NCBI GenBank assembly: GCA_947625385.1
Contig: CANQOB010000006.1
Location: forward strand, 815-64,814
Length of the DNA stretch: 64,000 nt
Reading direction: 5' to 3'
Source: an uncultured Clostridia bacterium
GTDB lineage: Bacteria > Bacillota > Clostridia > Christensenellales > Borkfalkiaceae
This document shows, in pieces, positions 37,795 to 47,424 of this stretch. Both the position numbers and the translations under genes were made by a program. The notes under the pieces were generated by a model. It did no database searches. It was not told where the DNA came from and was given only the letters and a program-made list of their open reading frames with translations. Every line of letters begins with the position of its first letter. Within the stretch, counting starts at the first letter, position 1.

Positions 37795-38448
37795 ATGATT
37801 TCCGTGTTATTGATCGGTATGGGAAAATTCGGGCGGACGCTCGGCGAGCAGCTCCTCAGCATGGGCGACGAAGTTATGATCGTCGACAAAAAAGAGGACG
37901 TCATCAACACGCTCGCGCCCCGCTATACCAACGCGCTCATCGCGAACTGCGCCGAGGCGGACAATCTCCGCGTCATGGATATCCCTTCCTTCGACGTGTG
38001 CATCGTCGCCATCGGCGAGGACTTCCAGTCCTCCCTTGAGATCACTTCCAATCTCAAAGATCTCGGCGCGAAACGGGTCATCTCCAAGGCTTCGACCGAG
38101 ATTCAACGCAAATTCCTCCTCCGCGAGGGCGCGGATGAGGTCATCTATCCCGACCGCGATATCGCAGAGAAGCTCGCCGTCCGCCTCAATTCCTCCAACG
38201 TCATCAATTTTATCGACCTCGACGCCCGCTATTCCATCTTCGAGATCGCATGCCCAGCAAAGTGGCAGGACAAAAAACTTATCGACGTCAACCCGCGCAA
38301 ACGGTACGGCATGAATATCCTCACCGTCAAAAAGGGAGACGAGGTCATCACGAGCCTCGACGGGGAGTATGTGTTCACTGCGGGGGATCAACTCGTCGTG
38401 TTCGGCGACACGCAGACCATTCTCAAATTTACGAACTCGCACAAATAG
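37795..38448 (+). CDS. ktrA: Potassium uptake regulatory subunit, TrkA-N/KtrA type
   Basis: Rossmann motif LLIGMGKFGRTLG, with RCK_N and RCK_C in 217 aa. SD AGGAG is upstream of ATG 37795. Confidence 0.85.
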   Translation: MISVLLIGMGKFGRTLGEQLLSMGDEVMIVDKKEDVINTLAPRYTNALIANCAEADNLRVMDIPSFDVCIVAIGEDFQSSLEITSNLKDLGAKRVISKASTEIQRKFLLREGADEVIYPDRDIAEKLAVRLNSSNVINFIDLDARYSIFEIACPAKWQDKKLIDVNPRKRYGMNILTVKKGDEVITSLDGEYVFTAGDQLVVFGDTQTILKFTNSHK

Positions 38449-38670
38449 TTTCGGCGAAAATCTTTCCTGCGGAAATATTTTCGTCGAGCGAATAGGCGGG
38501 TATGCTTTAATAAACGTGATTCCGATTAGATGTTTCAACGGACAATGTGCGTCCCGTGGGGCGCAAATGCAGTGAAAAAGCAAAAAGTGTGATTTTTGCT
38601 TTTTCCTTTATTTTTAGGTTTCGCGCGATTTCTTTTGCTGACGCAAAATAAATACGCGCGAGCGAATAGG
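38449..38670 (+). repeat. Array B of the same repeat family: unit 38449-38617 plus a terminal head module 38618-38670
   Basis: Same module order as arrays A and C. It starts at the nucleotide after the ktrA stop codon TAG (38446-38448). Confidence 0.9.
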
Positions 38671-38690
38671 TGAGTTTCATTTTTATCATC

Positions 38691-38721
38691 AAAAAATCCT
38701 CGCTTGCGGCGAGGATTTTTT
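38691..38721. terminator. Bidirectional intrinsic terminator (fba on the - strand; repeat array B on the + strand)
   Basis: AATCCTCGC (38695-38703) pairs with GCGAGGATT (38709-38717), flanked by an A6 tract and a T6 tract. Confidence 0.75.
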
Positions 38722-38758
38722 CGGTCTTTTTATTCCAAAATTGCAAAATGGGGGCGGG

Positions 38759-39694
38759 TTATGCCTTGTTTGCGGAGCCGAGCACGTCGCAGATCTTGTG
38801 CTTGACCATCGCTTTCATGCTCGCGCGGGCGTCGGTGAGATACTGTCTCGGGTCGAAGTGAGAGGGGTTCTCCGCAAAATGCTTTCTGATCGCCGCCGTG
38901 AACGCGACGCGGAGATCGCTGTCGATGTTGATCTTGCACACCGCGAGCGCCGCAGCCTTTTTGAGCTCGCTCTCGGGAATGCCGATGGCGTTGGGCATGC
39001 TGCCGCCGAACTCGTTGACGATAGCGACCTGGTCCTGCGGCACGCTCGACGCGCCGTGCAGCACGATGGGGAAGCCGGGAAGGCGTCTGCCGATCTCTTC
39101 GAGGATGTCGATGCGCAGTTTGGGGTCCTGCCCCGGTTTGAATTTATAGGCGCCGTGCGAGGTGCCGATGGCGATGGCAAGCGAATCGATGCCTGTCCTC
39201 GCTGTGAACTCCTCCACTTCGTCGGGAGAGGTGAACATGGCGTCCTTGTCGGCGACATGGACGTCGTCCTCCACGCCCGCGAGCTTGCCGAGCTCGGCTT
39301 CGACGACCACGCCGTGGTCGTGCGCGTATTCGACGACCTTGCGCGTGAGGGCGATGTTCTCCTCCCAGGGCTTGGAGGAGGCGTCGATCATGACGGAGGT
39401 GAACCCGCCGTCGATGGACGACTTGCAGATCTCGAAATCCGCGCCGTGGTCGAGGTGCATGGCGACGGGGATGTCCGTCGTCTCGACCGCCGCCGCGACG
39501 AGGTGGCGCAGATACACGGGATTTGCATATTTTCTCGCGCCCGCAGAGACCTGCAAAATGACGGGAGAGCGGCATTCGTTCGCCGCTTCGACGATCGCCT
39601 GTATCATCTCCATATTGTTGACGTTGAACGCGCCGACGGCATAGCCGCCCGCATACGCTTTTTTGAACATGTCTGTCGTGGTTACCAAAGGCAT
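38759..39694 (-). CDS. fba: Class II fructose-1,6-bisphosphate aldolase
   Basis: GYAVGAFNVNN, VAMHLDHG, LAIAIGTSHGAYK and VLHGASS motifs. SD GGAGGAA is present. Confidence 0.92.
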   Translation of the reverse strand: MPLVTTTDMFKKAYAGGYAVGAFNVNNMEMIQAIVEAANECRSPVILQVSAGARKYANPVYLRHLVAAAVETTDIPVAMHLDHGADFEICKSSIDGGFTSVMIDASSKPWEENIALTRKVVEYAHDHGVVVEAELGKLAGVEDDVHVADKDAMFTSPDEVEEFTARTGIDSLAIAIGTSHGAYKFKPGQDPKLRIDILEEIGRRLPGFPIVLHGASSVPQDQVAIVNEFGGSMPNAIGIPESELKKAAALAVCKINIDSDLRVAFTAAIRKHFAENPSHFDPRQYLTDARASMKAMVKHKICDVLGSANKA

Positions 39695-39858
39695 AAAAAA
39701 TTCCTCCGAGGTTTTTTTCCATTATACCCGTTTTTTGCGGAAAATGCAAGAAAAGCGGGGAGGTTTTTGAAAATTTTCAAGGCTTTGGGGGAAATGTCTC
39801 TTCAAAAGAAAAATTTGTGGATATGCCGTGAAATTTTCCCCCGAACAAGGCGAATTGC

Positions 39859-39888
39859 TTGACAAATGTATGAAAAAACAATTATAAT
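39859..39888 (+). promoter_or_regulatory. Sigma-A type promoter of the giant lipoprotein gene
   Basis: TTGACA at 39859-39864, 18-bp spacer, TATAAT at 39883-39888. Confidence 0.45.
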
Positions 39889-39959
39889 GGAATAGCTTCG
39901 TTATAATTTGCATAAATGCAGACCGTTTCATGAATATTTGTATAAGGAGTAGAGGAGCA

Positions 39960-42900
39960 ATGTCGAAAAAACTGAAAAAGATCCTCATAACGGTGCTTGC
40001 CGCGGCGTTCGCCGCCGTGCTTGCCTTTGCGGTGGCGGCGTGCACAAATACTACGGTTTCCGTCACGTTCGACGCCAACGGCGGCGAATTCGAGGGCGGG
40101 AAACAGAGCGTGAGCGTCGAAGGGAATGCGGGGGAGGAACTCAAAGTTCCCCAAGACCCCGCGCGGGGCGGCTTCAACTTCATCGGCTGGGCGTCGGAAA
40201 AGGACGGCGACCCCGTCGGCGTTCCCGAAAAGATTCCCGAGGAGAGCCAAACCTATTATGCCTGTTGGATTCCCGAAGGAGAGGTCGCGGTCACCTTCGA
40301 CGCCAACGGGGGGAACTTTGCGGGCAACACGTTGCGCGTTCTGACGGGAAAACCCGGGGACGTGCTCGTCCCGCCGCAGGATCCCACCCGCGAGGGGTTT
40401 TCCTTCTCGGAATGGTCGTCGACGAAGAACGGCACTCTTACGTCGGTGCCCATGGTATTCCCCGACCATAATCTCACCTTCTATGCGATCTGGCAGGAGA
40501 CCGGCGCGCAGAGCTATACGCTGACGGTCACCTACGGCATCCGCGACGGACGGGTGGGCGCACAGACCACGAGGGTGCGCGACGTGCTCCCCGGCACTTC
40601 CATTGCGGGCGCGCTCGCCGAGGTCGACCCCGCTTCGGGAGACTCCGAGATCGTGTTCGACGGTTGGTACTATGCGGACGGCACGAAACTCGCGGAGGGC
40701 GCGGCGATGCCCGCGGAGAATCTCACCCTGCGCGCGAAATATACGGTGGCGTACACCCTCACCGTGTCCTTGCAGGAGAAGGACGGCGAGACGTACGGCG
40801 AGCCCTCTACGACGACCGAGAGGGGATTTTACGGCGAACGGTTCACCTATCAGGCGCCCGAGGGCTTCGAGACGGACGCCCGCCACGAGGGGAGCAAGTT
40901 CTCCTCCGAAAGACTGGATAAGGGCGAGACCTTTACCGTGTTTGCGGCGCGCCGCCGCTATACCGTGACCTTCACCGTGGGCGGCAACGGCGTGAACGAG
41001 GCGCGCGACTTCTTGACACTCTGGTATGGGGCGGAGTACGTGATTCCCTCGTTTGAAACGACTTCGCTCTCGGGCATGGTGCCCGCCGATGTGTTCGTGT
41101 TCTCGTGGACGACGGCGGAGGGAGATACGCTGCGCGCGGGGGATACGCTCACGGTCTCGGGTGCGATGACGGTGCGCGGCGACATCAGCTTCGGCAAGAC
41201 GGACATCTTCGGCGGCGACGATCATCTGTTCGTGGACGGGGACACGGCGTTTTTGCGCCGCGGCGCTCTCGAACGCATGGGCTCCTTTGACCGCACGACG
41301 GGCGTTTTCCGCTTTGAAAACGGCGGCAAAGAGGTGCTCGGCGGCGTCGCCATGAGCGAAACTTTCTACTTCTACAACGACACGACGGAGAAGGATTACG
41401 TCGATTTCTTCGGCGGGGCCGCCAAGCTTCGCTTCCTCTATCACGGCGAGGCGGAGTACACCCCCGCGGGTTCCTCTTCGGCGGCGAGCGGCAAGCTCAC
41501 GGTCTCCGAGGAGACGGGGCGCTACACCTTCACCCCCGCGGACGGCGGCGATTCCGTCGAATTCACGCTCGACGTGCTGTACGATGCGCACGATGTGCCG
41601 CATCCCGCGTTCCGCACCGAGAGCGAGCACGAAGAGGGCGCGTTTGCCCGTCTTGAGGACAAGAGCGACCCCTACGGCTACGACTACACGGTGCTCGTCT
41701 TTGACGGGTTCGGCTATGTGACCGAGTACTACGACCCCACGCTCGCCGACTCCTCCGATGAGTACGAGCGCGAGTTCTTCGGACATTACAACGGCTCGGT
41801 GGGCAGATACTACCGCTATACCGACGAACTTTGGGCGGGCGCGGAATACTATACCATCGAGTTCCCCGACGGCGACAGCTACACCGTCGAGCTCACCTTT
41901 GCCGACGGGCTTCCCGCCCTCGACAACAGACCGCTCGCGGGGACTTGGTTCGCATACGACGGCATGCTCGGCGAGGGCGACTACCTCGTGGGCGTCCCCA
42001 TTGCGGGCGGCAGAGCCGCGGGTTTCTGCGCGGGCATCAACGCCTCCAACGCCTCCCTCATTTTGGACGGCTTCGGCAACGCGCTGTTGGACCTCGGCGC
42101 AACCTATGACGAGACCAACTGCACCTACGCCGATCTCCATTGGACGGGCACCTATGTGATTCGCAGTGAGGTCGTCTACGGCTACGGTCTCGACGGCATG
42201 GGCGCCTACACTTCGGCGACCATGCTGGATTGGATAGAATACACCGATTCCGAGACGGGGGAGGTCACGCTGTACTCCTTCGATATGTCGTACAGGACGT
42301 ATGCCGAGATGGCATCCGCGCCCAAGCGGTACACCGTTGCCGCGGACGACCTCTCTATCTTCGGGACGAGCGTAATGGAAGAATACTTCTACAAGTCGAA
42401 GATTCCCTTCACGGAAGTGCTCTTTTTGGACGTGCGCGGCGATGCGACCGAGATCTATATCTACGGACGGCGGGACGACGCGCCGATCTGGTCCGCAACG
42501 GACGGCAGAGAGATCGTTGCACTCTATGAGCCCATCGAAGCCGGCGTGGCGACGCATGCGGACGGCGTGTACACCTTTACCTCCTCTTCGCAGACGCCGA
42601 CCATCGCGACGATGCGCTTCACGCTCAACGAGGTCACGATGACGGTGGATGTCCTCTCCGGCGCCGAGGAGCCCGCGGAGGAGCAGATCATCACCGACGA
42701 AGAGACGGGAGAGGTGTTCCGCCTCGACGAAAGCGGCGCCGCCTACTACCAAAAGAGCGAAAGCGACGAGGAAGTGGAGATCACCGCCCACCGCGACACG
42801 CTCGGCGAGGAGGACGACGACTTCGAGACCGGCGAACAGTACGCCGTGTGGAGATCGGGCTTCTACCGCTTCGATTTGCCCGACGGCACGACGGCATACT

Positions 42901-45900
42901 TTACCTACCGCATCGAAGAGGACGGCAGCGTCACCTACACGCGCATCGAAGAGCCGACGTTCTACACGCTGACCTCTGCCTCCTATCTCGACAGACCCGA
43001 GCTGGAAATCTACTTCTATAAGACGGACGACGGGAAATATTACCTTGGCTACATGCCCGACGACGGATATACCTTCTGGGCGGGCGAGACCACCCCGATC
43101 GAGGGGATAGACAATGCCTTTACGTTCGTCATGCAGGAGACCTTCCGCGAGACCTTCGAATATTACACGGGCGTCTCGACGGAGAACCTGCGCTTGAAGC
43201 TCTCGGAGAGCGACCACACCTTCGTGCTGTATGACGGCACGCTCACCGCGACCGACTCCTTGACGAATACAACGATGTCGACGGACGGGTTCGGCACGCT
43301 GACGCTGACGGTCGGCGGCGAAGAGACGCAATATCCCTATGCGTTGCGCGACGTCGGGGACGGCAAGACCGTGCTCGTGTATGCGACCTATGCAAAGGAA
43401 TATGTGAACGACGACGGGCTCACCATCGGGCAGGCGGAGGAGCACTACATCATCGTCGACACGGCGAACAACACCTTTGTGTTCGCCGAGAAGGATGCGG
43501 GCGTGTACTATGCCGCCAGCCTCACTTCGGGAGGCGTCGGAATCGCCCAATATGCCTTCGAACTCGACGGGGACGGGCACGTCATCCTCTCCGAGCCCAA
43601 CGTCGCCGAGCGGCGCGGCACCTACGAGGAGACGGGCACGTTGGCAAATTCCGCCACCATGCTCTCGCTGGTCGGGTTCGAATACGACCTCACCCTCTAC
43701 ACCTTCACCTTCACGGATGAGGAGGGGAACGAGGACAAGGTGGACGTCGCGGCGTTCCACACGAACGAACTCACCTATGTCATGGACGGCGAGACCTACC
43801 TCTTCGTGCCCTTGGGGTTCTTCTTCGAGAGGATGCCCGCCGCCACGGCAGATATCAAGACCGAGGACGGCATGGGCTTCATCAAGTCGGACGGCTATGT
43901 CTCCTACAACACCATTGCCATCGCAGACGCCGTCTATGATAACGGCATGCGCGTCTATGTCGGCACCGTGATGCGCGGCACCTATGTGAACGACAGCTTC
44001 TATGCCGAGGAGCGAGACTTCGTGTTCGATGAAGAGGGCACGGGCACCATGCTCCTCTTCGAGGCGTATGACGAAAACAACGAGGTCTCCGACCAGTTCT
44101 TCTTCGACATCATCGAAAAGGACGGCGTCGAATACGCAAGACTGCGCACGACGGATTCCGGGCTCTATGTGGAGACCGTGGGCGGGGACATCACCAACAA
44201 TACCCTTCTTCTCGACGGCTACGGCAATGCCACCCTCACGCGGAGCGGCGAAGAGATCGAGGGGACGGTGGAACGCGTGGACGGCGAATGGGGCTCCTAC
44301 ATCTTTACGGGCAAGGACGACAACGAGACGACCTTCAAATTCGGCTTGTTCCTTCTGACCGCAAATTCGGGAGATTACGTCTATACCTTCGTCTATGCCA
44401 ATGACGGAGACGCGGCGGGATATCTCGTCGGCGACGACTGGTCGGTGCTCTACCTCGACGACTACTTCAACGCCTACTATATCGACCATGCGGGCAAGCG
44501 CTACGACGGCGCATATTCCTTCCTCACCGAGAGGCGCAGCATCGCGAGCCTGACGCTCGAGGACGGCAGCATATTGTACTTCGACCTCGACTTCGAGCAC
44601 GGCTCCTTCGAGCTCGACGAGCGCGATTTCATCGTCGAGGAGGGCGGCGACGGCACGCTGCTCGCCTACACGGGCAACGGCTCCATTTCCAAGTTCCCCG
44701 ACGAGGTCAAGCGCATCACGCGCAATTCCTTCCCTTACGGCGACTATATCAGCGCGCCCGGGACGATGGACCTCAACAAGGTCGAGGTCATCGACGCACA
44801 CGCCTTCCACTTTGTCAACCTCGGCGCAAGTCTCATCTCGGGACCCAACGTCAGGGAGATCGGGGACTATGCGTTCCGCCAGGAGTTCTTCGACTTCGGC
44901 GAGTACGGCATCTACCATTCCGTGAGCGCATTCTCCTTCCCGAATGCGGTGAGCGTCGGCGATTACGCCTTCTGCGGCGACTATACGGTCTCCTCCTTCG
45001 TGTTCGGCAGCGCCCTTCAAAGCATCGGCGTCAATGCGTTCTCCGTGCGGCAGGGGCTGCCCGTGAGCTTGGATCTGTCCGCGATGACGGCGGAGGAGCT
45101 GGCGGCGGTCTCGATCGGCGAGAATGCCTTCCAGAGCTACTATCTCGGCGAACCCGTCGACAACAGCATCATCAACGCGCTTGTGTACGTCAAGGATGTG
45201 GAGACCCTCGTTGCCTTCTGGAAGGACGGGACGTGGCCTCTCGCATTCCGCAACGGCGCGACGCTGCGCTCGGCGCATGCAGACGACCTCGACGGGTACG
45301 ACTTCTACTCCTTCTCGGCAGGGAAGTATCTGCACTTCTCCGAGGGACGCGTCTCCTTCATCGGAGAGGACGGCACCTCCGAGCCGCAGGCGATGTACTT
45401 TATCGAAGAGGACGGCAGCGTCAAGGTCATTCGCCGCAGCGCTAACGACGAAGTGAGCTATGTCGAGCTCGTGCGCACGGACGACATCATCCAATATGGT
45501 GGTCATAAGTACTTCCGCGCCTCCAACCTCATGAAGGGCAACACCCAGCACGGCGTGCAGCTTGACGATGGCGTCATGTTCTACTTCGAGCTCCTCATTA
45601 CCCGCGACATCGAGGACGACGCCTACGAATCCCGTTCCGTGCGCGGGGTCTATGTGAACGACCGCAGCGAGGATGCGCGCATCGTGCCCGAATCCTACGA
45701 CTATGCGGACGGCAAGCTCACGATCGTCTTTGTCTATGACGGCACGGACATCGCAAAGGGCAAGTACACCGTCACCGTCGATCTCGAGGGCGACACGCTG
45801 AGCGCGACGTACTCCATGATCGACCAGCGGTATGTCTACAATGTAGAAGAGGGTACGAGCTACAACAGAAGTTCCTACCGTATCCTTGCGGACTTCGCAG

Positions 45901-46448
45901 GCGACAAGATCGAGAAGATTCACATGGTCGAGAACTATAACTACTACGGTCTCGACCCGTGGGACCGCTTCACCGTCCTCGCCGAGCGCACGAACAAGAA
46001 CGGAACGCATACGGTCTACGCCGAAGGACAGCGGCAGAACGGCTATGGCGTCATCGGCGTGCTCTATACCATCTCCTACAATGCGGATACCGACATTATT
46101 ACGATGGAGGAGAAGCGCGACGGGAACAACATGACGGGCATGGTGTCGGTAGAATTCGATACAGCGCATGAAACGCAGGCGCCGTATGACAGGCTGACCG
46201 TCAACGTCATCACCTACACGGCGGGAGATGAAGAGGCGCACATGTTCGCCTTCGGCTCCGTACGTCACTTCGAGTACGATACGCAGCGCAACACGTACCT
46301 CTCCACCTATCCGGAATATACCGTGACGGAGGCGGACTACCTCAACGGCACATTCACCGTGCAGGTCGGCGATACGACCTATACGGTCACGACGAGCTAC
46401 GACGAAGAGACGGCGGCTTGGAAGCTCGCAGTCACCGTCGCCGAGTAA
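39960..46448 (+). CDS. Giant (2162 aa) cell-surface lipoprotein with Listeria-Bacteroides (Flg_new) repeats and a BspA-type LRR segment
   Basis: Signal peptide and lipobox LAFAVAAC|T. At least 4 N-terminal repeats of the VTFDANGG...F.GW type. LRR_5-like segment around nt 44640-45130 (IDAHAF, IGDYAF, VGDYAF, IGVNAF). Long D/E/T/Y-rich central region with no recognisable domain. Confidence 0.8.
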   Translation: MSKKLKKILITVLAAAFAAVLAFAVAACTNTTVSVTFDANGGEFEGGKQSVSVEGNAGEELKVPQDPARGGFNFIGWASEKDGDPVGVPEKIPEESQTYYACWIPEGEVAVTFDANGGNFAGNTLRVLTGKPGDVLVPPQDPTREGFSFSEWSSTKNGTLTSVPMVFPDHNLTFYAIWQETGAQSYTLTVTYGIRDGRVGAQTTRVRDVLPGTSIAGALAEVDPASGDSEIVFDGWYYADGTKLAEGAAMPAENLTLRAKYTVAYTLTVSLQEKDGETYGEPSTTTERGFYGERFTYQAPEGFETDARHEGSKFSSERLDKGETFTVFAARRRYTVTFTVGGNGVNEARDFLTLWYGAEYVIPSFETTSLSGMVPADVFVFSWTTAEGDTLRAGDTLTVSGAMTVRGDISFGKTDIFGGDDHLFVDGDTAFLRRGALERMGSFDRTTGVFRFENGGKEVLGGVAMSETFYFYNDTTEKDYVDFFGGAAKLRFLYHGEAEYTPAGSSSAASGKLTVSEETGRYTFTPADGGDSVEFTLDVLYDAHDVPHPAFRTESEHEEGAFARLEDKSDPYGYDYTVLVFDGFGYVTEYYDPTLADSSDEYEREFFGHYNGSVGRYYRYTDELWAGAEYYTIEFPDGDSYTVELTFADGLPALDNRPLAGTWFAYDGMLGEGDYLVGVPIAGGRAAGFCAGINASNASLILDGFGNALLDLGATYDETNCTYADLHWTGTYVIRSEVVYGYGLDGMGAYTSATMLDWIEYTDSETGEVTLYSFDMSYRTYAEMASAPKRYTVAADDLSIFGTSVMEEYFYKSKIPFTEVLFLDVRGDATEIYIYGRRDDAPIWSATDGREIVALYEPIEAGVATHADGVYTFTSSSQTPTIATMRFTLNEVTMTVDVLSGAEEPAEEQIITDEETGEVFRLDESGAAYYQKSESDEEVEITAHRDTLGEEDDDFETGEQYAVWRSGFYRFDLPDGTTAYFTYRIEEDGSVTYTRIEEPTFYTLTSASYLDRPELEIYFYKTDDGKYYLGYMPDDGYTFWAGETTPIEGIDNAFTFVMQETFRETFEYYTGVSTENLRLKLSESDHTFVLYDGTLTATDSLTNTTMSTDGFGTLTLTVGGEETQYPYALRDVGDGKTVLVYATYAKEYVNDDGLTIGQAEEHYIIVDTANNTFVFAEKDAGVYYAASLTSGGVGIAQYAFELDGDGHVILSEPNVAERRGTYEETGTLANSATMLSLVGFEYDLTLYTFTFTDEEGNEDKVDVAAFHTNELTYVMDGETYLFVPLGFFFERMPAATADIKTEDGMGFIKSDGYVSYNTIAIADAVYDNGMRVYVGTVMRGTYVNDSFYAEERDFVFDEEGTGTMLLFEAYDENNEVSDQFFFDIIEKDGVEYARLRTTDSGLYVETVGGDITNNTLLLDGYGNATLTRSGEEIEGTVERVDGEWGSYIFTGKDDNETTFKFGLFLLTANSGDYVYTFVYANDGDAAGYLVGDDWSVLYLDDYFNAYYIDHAGKRYDGAYSFLTERRSIASLTLEDGSILYFDLDFEHGSFELDERDFIVEEGGDGTLLAYTGNGSISKFPDEVKRITRNSFPYGDYISAPGTMDLNKVEVIDAHAFHFVNLGASLISGPNVREIGDYAFRQEFFDFGEYGIYHSVSAFSFPNAVSVGDYAFCGDYTVSSFVFGSALQSIGVNAFSVRQGLPVSLDLSAMTAEELAAVSIGENAFQSYYLGEPVDNSIINALVYVKDVETLVAFWKDGTWPLAFRNGATLRSAHADDLDGYDFYSFSAGKYLHFSEGRVSFIGEDGTSEPQAMYFIEEDGSVKVIRRSANDEVSYVELVRTDDIIQYGGHKYFRASNLMKGNTQHGVQLDDGVMFYFELLITRDIEDDAYESRSVRGVYVNDRSEDARIVPESYDYADGKLTIVFVYDGTDIAKGKYTVTVDLEGDTLSATYSMIDQRYVYNVEEGTSYNRSSYRILADFAGDKIEKIHMVENYNYYGLDPWDRFTVLAERTNKNGTHTVYAEGQRQNGYGVIGVLYTISYNADTDIITMEEKRDGNNMTGMVSVEFDTAHETQAPYDRLTVNVITYTAGDEEAHMFAFGSVRHFEYDTQRNTYLSTYPEYTVTEADYLNGTFTVQVGDTTYTVTTSYDEETAAWKLAVTVAE

Positions 46449-46461
46449 GCGAAAAACAAAG

Positions 46462-46487
46462 AAGGACGGCAGACGCCGTCCTTTTTT
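46462..46487 (+). terminator. Intrinsic terminator after the giant lipoprotein gene
   Basis: AAGGACGGC, loop AGAC, GCCGTCCTT, followed by a T-run. Confidence 0.8.
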
Positions 46488-46499
46488 CATGGGTTTTCC

Positions 46500-46528
46500 T
46501 TGACAAGAGAGGGGATTTCGGGTACAAT
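46500..46528 (+). promoter_or_regulatory. Sigma-A type promoter of ruvC
   Basis: TTGACA at 46500-46505, 17-bp spacer, TACAAT at 46523-46528. Confidence 0.5.
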
Positions 46529-46534
46529 AAAAAT

Positions 46535-47032
46535 ATGGTCATTCTTGGGCTGGACCCCGGCTACGGCACGATGGGGTACGGCGTCATCGAAAAGGACGCA
46601 AGGGGAAATTGCACCTGCGTGGACTATGGTGCGGTCAAGACTCCCGCCTCGGAGAGCTTCCCCGTGCGGCTGTGCATGCTCGAAGAGGGCGTCAATGCGC
46701 TGTTCGACAAATTTCATCCCGAAGAAGCGGCAATGGAGGAGCTGTTCTTCTCCAAAAATATCACGACGGGTATCGCCGTCGCGCATGCGCGCGGGGTCAT
46801 TCTGCTCACCTGCAACAAGCGCTGCGGCAGAATCTTCGAATATACGCCCAATCAGATCAAACAGGCGCTCACGGGCTACGGCGGCGCGGATAAAGGGCAG
46901 ATGCAGAGGGTGGTCGCCTCGCATCTGCGCCTCAAAAGGATTCCTCGTCCCGACGACGCCGCGGATGCCCTCGCCGTCGCGCTCTGCCATGCGTTCACGA
47001 GCAGATTTTCGGGGATGTTTGGAATCAAATAA
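46535..47032 (+). CDS. ruvC: Crossover junction endodeoxyribonuclease RuvC
   Basis: ILGLDPGYGTMGYGVI ... EELFF ... DAADALAVALCH. ATG 46535 follows a consensus promoter. Confidence 0.9.
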   Translation: MVILGLDPGYGTMGYGVIEKDARGNCTCVDYGAVKTPASESFPVRLCMLEEGVNALFDKFHPEEAAMEELFFSKNITTGIAVAHARGVILLTCNKRCGRIFEYTPNQIKQALTGYGGADKGQMQRVVASHLRLKRIPRPDDAADALAVALCHAFTSRFSGMFGIK

Positions 47033-47034
47033 GA

Positions 47035-47424
47035 TTTCGGCGAAAATCTTTGCGTGCGCAAATCTTTTCGTCGAGCGAATTTACTTCTGCGCCTTAACGA
47101 ACTTGGCTCCGATTAGTCGTTTCAACGGACAGTGTGCGTCCCGTGGGGCGCAAATTGTGTCGCGCAGCGCAAAAGCGTGGTTTTGCTCGCGCACAAAATT
47201 TAAGAGGTTTCGCGCGATTTCTTTTGCATTCGCAAAATAAATATGCGCGAGCGAATGGGCGTTTACGCCTCAATAGGCTTGGCTCCGATTAGTCGTTTCA
47301 TCGGACAGTGTGCGTCCCGTGGGGCGCAAATTGTGTCGCGCAGCGCAAAAGCGTGGTTTTGCTCGCGCACAAAATTTAAGAGTTTCGGCGAAAATCTTTG
47401 CGTGCGCAAATCTTTTCGCCGAGG
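47035..47424 (+). repeat. Array C of the same repeat family: units 47035-47206 and 47207-47382 plus a terminal head module 47383-47424
   Basis: Segments 47101-47206 and 47277-47382 are identical apart from one mismatch. The array starts 2 nt after the ruvC stop codon. Confidence 0.92.

Noticed and set aside
39882-46490. 2202-aa stop-free ORF antisense to the giant lipoprotein gene
   Set aside because: The + strand frame has a signal peptide, a lipobox and recognisable Flg_new and LRR repeats. The antisense frame is R/V/G/D/A-rich and lacks any motif, SD or promoter. Long stop-free antisense frames are expected when the third codon position is GC-rich.
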